DNA of 64,000 nt from Eledone cirrhosa (GCA_964016885.1 OZ024742.1:333622001-333686000); one strand, 5' to 3'; shown: positions 26,144-39,359, numbered from the stretch's first letter. Program-made: numbers and translations. The notes: generated from the letters alone by a model not told the origin.

Positions 26144-28606
26144 TTGATTGGCAGCATGCTAACTAAAGACTGCCTACCTATATCACTCAAGAACATCCCA
26201 ACCCCATCCAGGACTACTTATGAGAAATTACTGATAGCTAGCGTCAACTCCTCCGTTAAGCGTATTAGATGGCGCACTTTCCACTTCGATAAGAGAAATA
26301 AGAAATCAACCTCGGTGTCCCCCAATAATAAATTCGGTTTTAAAACCTATAGGAGCCCGCCCATAGCTCCATGCTAGATGGATTTGAGAATGACCTCCTA
26401 TAACTAGTAAGGAATATTAAGTTTAAAAACCCCCATAGGAATAGCAATAAATTCCGGATGAAACTGGAAACCTTAGTTAAGGGCTTTAACGATAAAAGAG
26501 ATATCCCGGTCACCTCGGATAAAACCAGAAATATTTATAGCTTAAATTCTGATACGTTTCGCAGGTTTATATACAATGAATTAAATAGAAACTATAAAAG
26601 ACAACAAGCGCAAACCTAGATGAAATTAATAAGGAAGCATGCACCATAGTAGATAAACTAGGCCTGGAAAAGTATACCCAACCATATACCCCTAGGTAAC
26701 CCAGGTTCACCCTTAAAGACTATACGGCTGACCTCATTAGTAAACCTCTGTTAGATTAATTGCCCATCGAAGTCAGATATAGGGATTATCAGTAAGAAAA
26801 TGTTAGACGGCGTTATACCTACCATCAGGAGGAAAATAAATCTAGAGCTATGGGAGAATACGGAAGAGGCTTTGAAATGGTTCTCAAGCCTGAGCAATCA
26901 TAAATCCATTAAATTTATACAATTCGACATCGATGCGTACTACACCTCAATCTCCCCCATACTTCTTAGTAAGGCCCTAATCATGGCCATGCAGAAAAGT
27001 GACCTCACTAGGTCCCAAATTGATGTCATTCTTGCGGCCCGGATAACGATAATCACATTTGAGGACGAATTGTGGACCCGCAAGAATACGCCCAATAACT
27101 TCGAAGTCACAATGGGATCTAGTGACTCTTCACAAGTAACGGACCTGGTAGGATTGTACCGCTTAAAGGAGTTACATGAGACATTACCGCACCTGAAGGG
27201 CGGCTTATATCGTGATGACGCCCTCTTCACTCTCGAGCATAAAAAGTGCAATATAGAAAGAACTAGGAAACAGTTACGTAGGTTCTTTAAAAGCTTTAAT
27301 CTAAGTATTACCATAGATGCAAATGACAAAAGAGTAAACTTCCTAGACGCCACCCTTGACCTAGAAACTAAAACATTTGCAGCCTACCATAAACCTAATG
27401 ATAGACTAACATATGTAAACGCCAGCTCCAACCACCCCAAATCAGTCCTAAATGCTATTCCCAAGGGGGTCTCTAATAGAATTAGCAGACTGTCCTGTAA
27501 TGAGAGTATCTTCAACTCCAATGCAGAGTATTATGACAAGGCCCTAGAAGAATCTGCTTACGGGAATAGATTATCATATATACATAAGGACTCCCAAACC
27601 ATGAGTGTGAAACCTACCAACATAATCACACATAGTATGGCCACAAAGCCTAACCAACCTAGAGGCAAGAATAATAGTAAGAACCCTAATGGCGGTAACC
27701 CAGCTAAATGTAAACCACGTAGACCAATACTAGAGTCCCTCACCACAACTCTAAAGCAGCAAATGATCAGGTATTGAATATAAACCATCCGGGCATAAGC
27801 AAAACAGACAACGCCACTAACGTTAATAACGGAACCCTACAAAATAGTACGCACAGTAATGAGACTCACCCCACAGATAAGACAGATAGAAGAAGGAAAA
27901 ACATGTATTTTAACCCACCTTTTAACTCTGAGGTCATCACTAACCTCCCCAGAGTATTCTTCTCATTATTAGAAAAAAACTTCCCACCAGGCAATAGATA
28001 TCGCAACATAATTAACAAAAACGTGATTAAATTATCCTATTCGACCACACCTAACCTCGCATCACACCTAGCACGCACGAACATTAGGAAAACTAGGGAA
28101 GGTTTCGAAACAATTAAAATGGCAGTTAACCACCAGCAACCGACTACACTGGAAAATAGGCAACATAATAGCATCACTGAGCCATCTAATGATATAAAGG
28201 CACCTAGTGATAATGCTAGTAACCAAAGTTCGGGAGGTACGCTAACTGATCGAACCCGCAGTTGCAATTGTAGGCAGAGTAGTAACTGTCCCCTAAGGGG
28301 GGCTTGCCTCATGAAAAACATCGTATATGCATGTGACCTAACCACACACAACTCTACCAAAACATATATAGGATCAACGTCCAATACATTTAAAACTAGA
28401 TATAAGCGCATATGTGCACATTTAGACACGATAGACATAAGAATGCCACCTCACTGGCGGGATACATCTCCTTTTTAAAAAATAATAATACCCCATACAA
28501 ACTTTTTTGGAGGAAGCTTACTAGATCCACGCCATACCGACCGCAGAGCGGGAGTTGCCAACACAAAATCCTGAGTTCCTTCTTCTATTTTAAACCTAGC
28601 ACATAG
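26144..28606 (+). pseudogene. PLE reverse transcriptase / GIY-YIG polyprotein with stops and frameshifts
   Basis: SLKNIPTPS, DKTRNIY, FDIDAYYTSI, MGSSDS, GLYRDDAL, VNFLD, SNHP, YFNPPF, CNCRQSSNCPLRGACL, NIVY..YIG across ORFs 26144, 26800, 27774 and 28412. Confidence 0.92.
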
Positions 28607-30634
28607 ACGTAACATATATTACGCAACCCCCACCTAGACATACCCCTCTTTGACTATAACCCCCCCCCCCCACAACCCAAAACCCAGATAGATAGGTAGC
28701 CTATGGGTGGAACAGTCCCCTACAAGGTTTGTGTTTGTGTCTCTGTGTGTGTGTATTCTCCTTTTCTCTCACACACACATATGTATGTATATGTGTGTGC
28801 ATGTGTACATGCATACATGCATATATATGTATGTTGTATACATATGTATTGTATATATATATATATATATGTGTATATTGTATACATATATATTGTATGT
28901 GTGTGTATATATGATATGTATATATATATATGTATGTATAAGTGTATATATGTGTATGTGTGTGTATGATCGGTATATATGTGTGTATGTATATATATTT
29001 TTTCTGTAGAAGTCTTCTCTATATGTGGTGTTTGGCATGAATTCCTACAATAATACTCTTCTTTGAGAGGAGCACGATATGTAGAGTAACACATGTATTG
29101 TTGCAGTTGAAACTGAGAACCACCACACCTCCTGCTGACCCAAATGTTTACTGAGGACCAGAACACCATTCTCCACAATATAAGAGAGGTATGCGCTTGC
29201 CGGACTATTGATGACCAAAACATCACATTCCAAGGTAATGGCAAAACACAGTGAATGGTAAACACGACCAGAACATCACAACATGCACATCGGAGCAACA
29301 GAGATATAATATCAATAAGCGAATCAATTGAATTTTTTGAGTTGAAATACATATAAATATGTGTCTGTGTGTATCGGACACACGTACACATGAAGAAACT
29401 GTTGACCTAAATGTACCTGTCATGCCAGTCTGAATTCCCAAGAAAATGTTCGGTCAGTTACTATCTTGACCGCTTACCCTCACAATTACTACGTAGCGGT
29501 TCTTGCACGTGACTGCTAGACCCGGATGAAACGAATACGAAGAATTTCCTTGCGTACCGTTTTGTACCACAGATGCGATCTCACTCTGCCTCGTTATTGT
29601 TCAATCAACACCAAAGTTCTACGTTCTGGACAATAGAATTGAATCCAACCACCGACAACCGGAGTACTGTGATCCTTGTGATTTCGAGATATACAACCAC
29701 TGATAGTGTAACGAAGACCAGAAAACCATACTCCATAATATTGAACCAAGTGATTGATTTGTGTGACCAAAACAACACCACACACATATTGGGTCGGCAA
29801 TGAACTAGGAATATTGGATCCTCCGTCAAAGTCTGGGTGAGCAAAAATAGATGTCTATCTGCATTGAAATTTACGAACTTGTGCATCTGCTGTGGTGTCA
29901 AACAAACGCACACGACCGCACAGATGAGCAATGGACTATGCCACGTGGGTCGAACTTGCAAGTGAATTGAAGGATGTGTAACTCTGATATACAGATTATT
30001 TATTATTAAGATGTATAAACTTGACATAACTATTATCATCTTATATTCTCTCAACTAATTACATTTGATTATATTTCTCTATCCCGTTTTCTCCCCCCAT
30101 ATTTATAATATTTTTATTTAACAAAATCGGTTTTTTTACATTGAAGTTTTTCCCTTCTAATACTTGCTTATATTTTTTTATATATTCTCTATATATTTTT
30201 TATATATATATTTTTTTATCTTTATTCTTATTTTCACTCTTATCCTCCTTTATATTTTACCTTATTCTTACTTTTATACCTTATTATAGTGTAATCTTCC
30301 CCATGCCTTATTATACATTATAAATTATAGATTATTATTATTACTCTTATTCCATTTCTAATTACCTCATGTACTTTCTCCTCCGTTATATATATATTGT
30401 ATGCCCTCTGCACACCCTCTTCACCCTACTATCGACGCCACCCCATCTATGGCTCCACTAACCACTCGACTCCCGGGAATGAATATGACCACAGCTAGTA
30501 AACAAGGACCCACACCCCACCCCCGCACCAAAATTAGACTTATCGTCCCCTGCTTTTGTTCTTTACTCTCTTTACTCTTTGTTCTTGAATGTTTGGTTGG
30601 TAGAGTCCATTACACCAATCAAACCCCTTGTATA

Positions 30635-30679
30635 GCTCTGAAGAATCCTACGGTTACGTAAGGAAGAAACATTGTAAGC
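30635..30679 (+). ncRNA. Minimal type-I hammerhead, 3' pLTR copy
   Basis: gct CTGAAGA atcctacggttacgtaaggaa GAAA cattg TA agc, then caataaa. Confidence 0.7.
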
Positions 30680-30721
30680 CAATAAAAATATTTTGATGTT
30701 GTAGACGCTCTTGTGTTCTTT

Positions 30722-30778
<57 letters not shown>

Positions 30779-31274
30779 TATACTTAGGCCTAAGTCTAAT
30801 TTGAATGTGTTGTCCTGAAGATCTACAACTATAGAAAATAGATTAGAGTTGAATAAATTTGAGTGCATCAATAATGGACCTTTGTATTAAATTAAAATCG
30901 ACATGACTAAATATTGAAATATTTAACCATACATCCAAATGATTATATTACTTTAATACATTTAAACATATATCGAATCCCCATTTATATACAAGGCAAA
31001 ATACATATTAAGGCTCATCATTCAGAAATTGTTTATATTGTTCAAACGGGCATACGATAATTCGTAATGAAGAGAAGGACTCTCATTACATAAGTTAGTA
31101 AATGGACTGCATTGGTTTCGACAATATGTACTCACCTTAAAAAATTCACGATTACAACTTACTTCCGTAGAGGATGTAAAATAATATGAAGTGGTGGTGT
31201 TGGTCAACTGAATCCTAATATTATTTAATATGCCTCCCACGAATATCTGTCGTTGTACGTAAGAGGAGAGTAAG

Positions 31275-31496
31275 AGATGCTGGCCACTGCCATCGTGCCA
31301 CCTACGAGGCTGTCCCCATTAGTGCTTTGAAAACCGCAAGCAGTCACTAATAACAGGGGGAGCTAGCTCTCCTACCACAATGTCATCTCCAGAGATTCTG
31401 CTATAGAAATCCAGGACTTGGCAATGAACGAGATACCCTCGTGAAGATCAATTGTCGATCCTATTTCGGCTGAGGCCGCCGGATGATGATGATGAC
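31275..31496 (+). pseudogene. RTE-clade LINE 3' end
   Basis: AGHCHR motif and terminal (GAT)n tail. Confidence 0.55.
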
Positions 31497-31599
31497 ATGG
31501 CAGTTCAACAAGTGAAACTCGACAAAATAGCCTGATTTAATTTTAAAGCCTGATACCATCGACTAAATTATTGGACTAAATCATTGTACTAAATTGCTG

Positions 31600-32005
31600 T
31601 TATACCATGATGGATCCCTATTGTGTGTTATCTTGGAATCTTATATAAATATAATTTTCGTTATATTAACAATCTCCATAATCAGACTGAAGGTTTTTGA
31701 TTTGAATGGTAGGTGTTTGATGTGTATTTTTCCTTGTGTCTTTTCCCAGTTATTGCGGCGAGGTGTAATTCGTGGTGTATCTTATGGTATCGGTGCATTT
31801 GTGCGTGTTACTCTATGGCATCTGTGTTTTGGTTTAATATGTAATTTAATATATGGAACTTCCTTTGGCCCTGTGATTGGTTATTTTGTACTATCATGTT
31901 ACAATGCTTTAGTGTCTTGTTGTTTGTAGGGGCAATATTCAGGTGATTTTCAATGAAGTGTCGTTCGTGAAGTTGAGTGTTTCAGATACGCCTTGTTTGG
32001 GTGTG
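31600..32005 (-). pseudogene. Degenerate GIY-YIG C-terminal remnant (PLE)
   Basis: Minus strand reads QTRR..NTQLHE..NHLN, resembling GQTxRxLxxRxxEH. Confidence 0.3.
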
Positions 32006-32738
32006 TGCCTTTAATAATATGTGTTATTTGTCTCTGTTTTGGACAGCAATCCCTGCTCACTCAACACTAAATGCCGTGCTTAATGTATATATAATAGCAA
32101 TGTTAATCCAAACTACTCCAAAAAAATGTACATAGATCTCACGGCCTGTGAATTCAAGACAATATTCTACAAGCAACAACAGAATTTTAAATACTCATCA
32201 TGGTAACACGCAACAATACTATCGACGTATATGGGACCTATGAGAAAAAATTATTATTTTTAGTTTGCAGTAGAGTATTTTAACTAACATCAAAAAATCT
32301 CTCGGGCAAGCCATTCATGAAAACTCCATTCCGAGAAAACCGAAGACATATTGTTCGCTAAGTAACATCTACTCAACTACTAGTTTTATCGTGTCGAAAC
32401 AGGATATAGAAAACTTATTTCAGTCTTAAACTCGTACACAAAACCGGGGGCTGCTAAGACCACTTATTATGCACACACATATATACATACCACTAACATA
32501 TAGACAAGTCAAAAGCAATAAACTTTGTAGTTTCAGAGTAGTCAGGATAGACATTCGCCGAATATTGGAAGTAACTGCAATCGTTTCCTTTAGGCATGGT
32601 TTTATCGGTTAGGAGTTCACTCCAGAACCAAGTGTTATTGGCTACAGTCCGGCTGCATGGGATTTTAGGCAGGTGTCTTCTGTTATCGACTTCGGTTGAT
32701 CAGTGCCCTGCTAGAACAATTTGAACTGCAAACTTCGA

Positions 32739-32818
<80 letters not shown>

Positions 32819-33941
32819 TATAGGAGTAAGCGAAACTGATGACCTTGTCAAAAGCAGCAATTCGATAAGTGCCTTAGTGCCTTAATTTAGAGCAATATTG
32901 CCAAGGAAAATATCTCTGGGTAAACTTCATAAAACTGTTTGCACCTACAATAAATTCCCGTATATCTATCTATATTTATTTAGTTAATTACCTATCTGCA
33001 CACACACACGCACAATTATATATATATATATATGTTCCTGCACCAAATCGCTTTTGAACAAAAGCCCCCTCAATTCAATCTATACATTGACAAATTGACA
33101 ATCATATGGATCATTTTGCATATATGTACTCTGTGTTTTTGCATTTATTCATTATTGGTTATTTTCTTTTGTGTACTTTATATATGTTTTTCTTTGGTTT
33201 TGTTCCATGTGATGGAAATTATGACTGTGTACCAGATTGACTCTGCCTTGAATACTGAAGTTTACCCTCCTTTCTAAGGTACGGCACTATCGTTCAATAA
33301 GTGGATAGTGTAACTGTGACATTGGAACCCCTCTCAGAACTTCTTACTTAAACATCTCACTCCATATTATTTACTCACTTCAATCTATATGTTTTTTTAC
33401 TCACCTCAATCCGGATGCTCACTTGAAGATTTTTTTAATTTCTAATTGTTAATTTTTTAATTGTTTAATTTATAATTTCTGATTATTGATTCAGGATTTT
33501 AATTTTTGTTTCCAACTCTCACTCATAACTTCCAATGTATTACCATGATACCTAGAATTAAGTATATTTTCTCTTGGTAGTTGATGGTCAGTCGTACTGT
33601 CCATGCTTGGTGAGAGGTAGTATTGTGACCTGTAAAAACTAACACTCTCCCATCCCTTCTGGCTTTCGGCTGACTGCCACAGACAGGACGGGTAGCAGTA
33701 AACTATGGTACAGGCCTAAATGGGTCATTGTTTGGCTGAGAGGGTGAACTGACTAAGCGAATTTCGTTGAAATCTGAGGTAGCTAATGGTCCACTTCCTC
33801 GGACATGCGCCTGCGCAGACCGCTGGGGGTGAATTGGTACTTCCAGGGGAACGGATGAAGAACCCAAAAGCACACACTTCGTCCGTTCCCATGTCGATTC
33901 AATTTGGATTGCCTCGGAAACATAACCTTATTATGTAACAA

Positions 33942-34015
33942 GCTGTCTGATGATGTCACGACACTCGCGCACAGAACAGTGTGGCCAGTGTCGTCATTGA
34001 AATATATATCACAGC
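33942..34015 (+). ncRNA. Type-I hammerhead ribozyme at the end of a probable PLE 3' region (33033-34015)
   Basis: gctgt CTGATGA ..acgacact..agtgtcgt.. GAAA tatat ATC acagc; perfect 5-bp stem I, palindromic stem III, AUC site. Confidence 0.75.
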
Positions 34016-34123
34016 ATTATTATTAAAGTACCAGTAATGCACTGGTTATCGCTGGCCTTGTGCCTAAAGTAGAAACAATTATTATTAAAGGACATGAACA
34101 TCTGAAACTACTTCGCTTTTACT

Positions 34124-34188
<65 letters not shown>

Positions 34189-34255
34189 ATATATATATAT
34201 ATATATGCTGGATTTTACCAACCTTCCAGGGGACCGGGTATAATTTTCAATCATA

Positions 34256-34458
34256 TTTTATTTGTTTGACCCGAATTACTTGGTCGTTTCTGTGGTTGTG
34301 CGGATAATGGTTTAACCATCGTCTCAGTGTGATTGGCCTTTTAACTTATGCTGTTGCTCTAGTTCCCTAGCTTCTATGGAGCGCTTGCCACACATCTCGG
34401 AAGTTGTTTTTCGCTAATTTCCAATAGCCGAAATACGATTCTCGCTAATTTATATTTG
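34256..34458 (+). repeat. TA-associated dispersed repeat
   Basis: Reverse-complement match to 57259-57458. Confidence 0.8.
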
Positions 34459-34471
34459 TATATATATATAT

Positions 34472-34538
<67 letters not shown>

Positions 34539-34539
<1 letters not shown>

Positions 34540-34974
34540 GATATTAACAAATGGAAACTATATTTATAAAACGATATTTATTTCATTTTACATATTTCAA
34601 GGGCACCAAGTTAAATTATGGTGTGCTTTCATCAAATAAAATATAATATAGATCAGTTTTATAAATAAATATTGACATACCGTTAAAAAATGCAACCATT
34701 ACTGTTGGGAGCTTCCAACAGTAATGGTTGCATTTGTTAAGGGTATGTCAATATTTATTTATAAAACTGATCTATATTATATTTTATCTGATGAAAGCAC
34801 ACCATAATTTAACTTGGTATCCTTGAAATATGTATAATGAAATAAATATGGTTTAATAAATATAGTTTCCATTTGTTAATACCGTATTTTTACTCCAAAT
34901 TTTTGTTGAGTGCTTTATAACAGTTATAAAAATATTTGCTTGTTGTATCCCAACAATTTAAATAGAACTTTTAC
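34539..34974. mobile_element. Fold-back PLE pLTR remnant (173-bp arms, no spacer, 90-bp tail)
   Basis: 34539-34711 inverted to 34712-34884; degenerate HHR (CTGATGA..GAAAtatGTA) at about 34781-34842; (TA)n flanks. Confidence 0.8.
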
Positions 34975-35289
34975 ATATATATATATATATATATATAAAA
35001 ACAAATTACGAAACGAAATTAAATTTCGTTTCGTTTGTAACTCACTTTTGTATGACTGACGCTTAAACAATTAAGTTAAGAATGTACATCCACATATGTA
35101 TACTGAAATACTACTATGCATATGAATACACACACGTGTACATATGTAGATGTACCGAGTTTTTCACTGGACACTTTACTGTAAGTGTCCAGCTATTCTG
35201 TATGTAAACACACAGACAAACCGGTTTTTAGAGTCATACTGGTTTTCAAGGAAACACCTTTCCTCTATTCTCCAGAAAGCCAGACAGGA

Positions 35290-35332
35290 ATATTGGACTA
35301 GTTTCGATGTTGTTACATCTCATCAGCAATAT
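35290..35332 (-). ncRNA. Minimal type-I hammerhead, unit 1
   Basis: Minus strand: atattg CTGATGA gatgt aaca acatc GAAA cta GTC caatat. Confidence 0.88.
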
Positions 35333-35754
35333 GTACCTATCTTCCGGCCTTTCTAGAGAATCGTAAAAGCACATATCGTTATATGCTTTTTCTATGAAAA
35401 TTAGTAGTGGGCAGACTAATTTGAATAGAGCGTGAGTACGTACCGGTTCAGCGGAGACGATAAAAACGAATAACGAAACGAAATTAAATTTCGTTTCGTT
35501 TGTTACTCACATTTGTATGACTGACGCTTAAACAATTAAGTTAAGTATGTACATCCACATATGTATACTGAAATACTAGTATGCATATGAATACACACAC
35601 GTGTACATATGTAGATGTACCGAGTTTTTCACTGGACACTTTACTGTGAGTGTCCAGCTATTCTGTATGTAAACACACAGACAAACCGGTTTTTAGAGTC
35701 ATACTGGTTTTCAAGGAAACACCTTTCCTCTATTCTCCAGAAAGCCAGACAGGA

Positions 35755-35797
35755 ATATTGGACTAGTTTCGATGTTGTTACATCTCATCAGCAATAT
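35755..35797 (-). ncRNA. Minimal type-I hammerhead, unit 2
   Basis: Same as unit 1, with stem I extendable to 7 bp. Confidence 0.88.
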
Positions 35798-36219
35798 TTA
35801 CCTATCTTCCGGCCTTTCTAGAGAATCGTAAAAGCACATATCGTTATATGCTTTTTCTATGAAAATTAGTAGTGGGCAGACTAATTTGCATAGAGCGTGA
35901 GTACGTACCGGTTCAGCGGAGACAATAAAAACAAATAACGAAACGAAATTAAATTTCGTTTCGTTTGTAACTCACTTTTGTATGACTGACGCTTAAACAA
36001 TTAAGTTAAGAATGTACATCCACATATGTATACTGAAATACTAGTATGCATATGAATACACACACGTGTACATATGTAGATGTACCGAGTTTTTCACTGG
36101 ACACTTTACTGTGAGTGTCCAGCTATTCTGTATGTAAACACACAGACAAACCGGTTTTTAGAGTCATACTGGTTTTCAAGGAAACACCTTTCCTCTATTC
36201 TCCAGAAAGCCAGACAGAA

Positions 36220-36262
36220 ATATTGGACTAGTTTCGATGTTGTTACATCTCATCAGCAATAT
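36220..36262 (-). ncRNA. Minimal type-I hammerhead, unit 3
   Basis: Same as unit 1, with stem I extendable to 8 bp. Confidence 0.88.
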
Positions 36263-36962
36263 TTACCTATCTTCCGGCCTTTCTAGAGAATCGTAAAAGC
36301 ACATATCGTTATATGCTTTTTCTATGAAAATTACTAGTGGGCAGACTAATTTGCATAGAGCGTGAGTAAGTACCTGTTCAGCGGAGACGATAAAAACAAA
36401 TAACGAAACGAAATTAAATTTCGGTAAGTAAGCTAATTCTTTATAATTATCTCTAAATTACTTGTCGAGCAAAAATTGGCCAAAACTACTGCTATAGTAA
36501 CAGTCCGGCTGCTGTCTTCTTAACAAACCACTCTCCACTGATTGACCTCGATGTCACGTGATTAATTCTTTTGAATTTGCCACCGACGCAGTAGGCAGTG
36601 ATTTTCTCAATGGCTTCGAATTTAGTTCACGCTTTGCTTTTTTCCATCCACTGAATTATTTTTGTATAAGTTCCCTGTGTCCACGTATTGCCTGGAAACT
36701 TAGCTGAGAATAGATTTCCCTGATGACGAAAGGCTTCTCTGTACGCTTCTTCGGAAAGTATGTTTATTCCCTTTCAGAAACTAATTAGTTGGGAGTAAAA
36801 TTTTAGTAAATAAGTTAATTTTATAATTTTCTTATTTTACGTCTCTCGTATTATTGTTCTGCAACCCCATGCATTGAACCACAAAGTTACTAAGACAAAA
36901 CCTATATATTTGCTAGCATAAGTATGCATCTGTGTATATATATGTTACTAGATATACTAATT

Positions 36963-37004
<42 letters not shown>

Positions 37005-37231
37005 AAGGTTTAGCAAATAGAGAAAAAGTTTTAAAATAAATTTTTTAAAAGTTCGCTGTACTTATTATATGTACCTTTACCGCGCGCTTTCAAATCCCCA
37101 AATAAATGGATAATCCAGGCGAACTTTCATTGAGAAGGAGACTCTCTTCAGAAGGTTCTTCTCGCTCGGAGAATATAAAATTCCCGATATATATACATAT
37201 ATATAGATACAAAGATAGATAGAGAGAGAAG

Positions 37232-37480
37232 TCATGTGGATTAGTTGTTAGGGTCATGGGCTTACAATCATGAGGTTGAGAGTTTGATTCTCGGATTGGC
37301 TGGTGTGTTATGTCTCAGAGCAAGATACTTTATTAACGTTACTCCAGTTTACTCTGCTGTAGAAATGAGTTGTGATGTCACTGGTGCTCAGCTGTATCGG
37401 CCTGTGCCTTTCTTTAAGACAACATTGGTGGTGGGAAGAGGGGAGATATGTATCCATGAAGATATGTATCCATGAACGAC
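37232..37480 (+). mobile_element. tRNA-derived SINE
   Basis: A-box-like tggattagttg and B-box-like agtttgattc; body shared with 45455-45650. Confidence 0.7.
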
Positions 37481-37907
37481 TATCATTTTAATTCAGCGAG
37501 AGATATATATCTAATTTAATGAAAATTTAAACATACAAACGAAGAATTTCACGGTCGTGAGTGAGGTTCACCTCAATTGATAATCGGTGATTGATTCTTA
37601 TTACTGTAAACATTCAATTGTCTCTGATACTCAGAGACAGATATCTGATTCGTTGATCACATTTGGGAGTACGGCCATTTAAATATAACAATTTATGTGA
37701 TTAATATTATTATTTAACACCTATTGTTTAGTAAAATCATCATATGTTTGCTATAAATGTATATATGTATGAAATACTAGTAGGGTTCCCAATTAGTATA
37801 TATTCATATATCATTTAAACTTCTATTATATATATATATATATAATATATATAAAAACGAGGAATATATATATATATATATATACATACATACTTACATG
37901 CATGCAT

Positions 37908-37941
<34 letters not shown>

Positions 37942-37957
37942 CAACACATACAAGGCG

Positions 37958-38036
<79 letters not shown>

Positions 38037-39271
38037 CATATATGTATACATTCAGAATACTGATCGTGACTAATATTATATGTTGAAATAATATATGTTT
38101 GTAATTGAGCGATTGTTTCCTCTCTCAATAGTTATTCCAAAACGTTTGATATGACGCTAAAAACAGTCAGTTGTGAGATATTGTTCTTCTGTATATTGCT
38201 CATAGTTGCTTTTTACAAACAAATTTACTGTTTTATTTATATTTATATGTGTACACAAACAGGAAATGATTTTATATTCCATATTAGGATATATGATAAG
38301 TAGGGAACTCTAAGTCGGTGTTTATTAAACCAACGTTGAATAACATAGAAGTCCATAATAGGGCAAACAATGAGCGGAGAAGTATTAGAGAAATTTATGG
38401 AGGGGCGCTGGATGGAGTTCCGACAACCAGACGAACAGTCAGGAATGTCAGTTTTATTCTCTGCAATTGAAGGTGTCAGCATTTTACACTCTGATATGCT
38501 GAATCTCCCCCAGAACTGCGGTAGATGTATACGTGTATGGCATGCTCATCCGCTTACAAGTAAACTTTAACAGCACGCGGTTTCATTCAACACACATTCT
38601 CAGGAAGGTTTGGTTGTCTTTTTGAATAATTATCGCAGATCAAATGGTGAGGCATTTGTGGGCAAAAGCCTATCGATGTTCACTTAATTACGACTTAGCC
38701 TTTCAAATGGAGAGGTCTTAGCAATATTATATATGTAAGGTGACATGGTAAGATCAAATATTTGAAACCTAACAGTTGTAGCAGTTGCTGGCCTTCAGAA
38801 GTGTGTTGGTTATGTGCAATAAACGAGCGACACAAAGTGGTTTCTTTACATGAATGGAAATTATGTATTTGCCTTCAATGTCCTACTTGAATAATTGCTC
38901 AAGTTATATTATCATGAAATAAGGTGTATACTATTTGTATCCATATTAAATGCGGAAGATATTTACTTATTGGAAATGGTTTTAAACGTGTGAAATATAT
39001 TATTAATCTGCTTACGACTACTTTTTATCAGTAGATTCTAGCAGGTTAATGATGTAGACAAGAAACAGAATGGTGTGTGCCTTAAAGTGATTAAAAACTG
39101 TGACATCATCAAATATTTCAACAGAACAATCTGGAGGGTAAGTTTGCAAAACGTATATACTAAGCACGTTCAAATGTTTTGATGAGGCCATAGGTAACAT
39201 CTTTGCTTTTGGCCATGTTCTCGAATCAGTAATAAACAGAAAGAGAGAGACAGACAGAGAGACAGTGTGTT

Positions 39272-39359
<88 letters not shown>

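Larger units (their letters stand above)
24796..30727 (+). mobile_element. Near full-length Penelope-like element with about 1.15-kb direct pLTRs
   Basis: 24796-25984 repeated at 29590-30730; disrupted RT-EN ORF between them; HHR plus AATAAA in each pLTR; (TA)n on both sides. Confidence 0.93.
34997..36423 (-). repeat. 3.07 x 465-bp tandem array, one hammerhead per unit (retrozyme-like or tandem pLTRs)
   Basis: Units start at 34997, 35462 and 35927, with a partial unit at 36392; only a few substitutions between units. Confidence 0.95.

Noticed and set aside
26144-28606. Selenocysteine read-through as in some Naiad PLEs
   Set aside because: Interruptions are TAG, TAA and frameshifts rather than in-frame TGA, and the EN is C-terminal.
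30812-30852. CTGAAGA tctacaactata GAAA atagatta
   Set aside because: Stems are too weak to call; possibly a decayed pLTR motif.
35150-36286. Three near-identical 68-aa ORFs on +
   Set aside because: Identity follows from the tandem duplication. They are antisense to the HHR and show no recognisable motif.
34997-36423. CRISPR-like array
   Set aside because: Units are whole 465-bp duplications without unique spacers, in a eukaryotic context.
36420-36432. G|GTAAGT donor-like site at the array boundary, suggesting a back-splice origin
   Set aside because: No matching acceptor is seen, it is on the strand opposite the ribozyme, and a 6-mer is easily chance.
36716-36770. CTGATGA cgaa..ttcg GAAA motif on +
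   Set aside because: Stem II closes, but stems I and III do not pair; at best a dead remnant.
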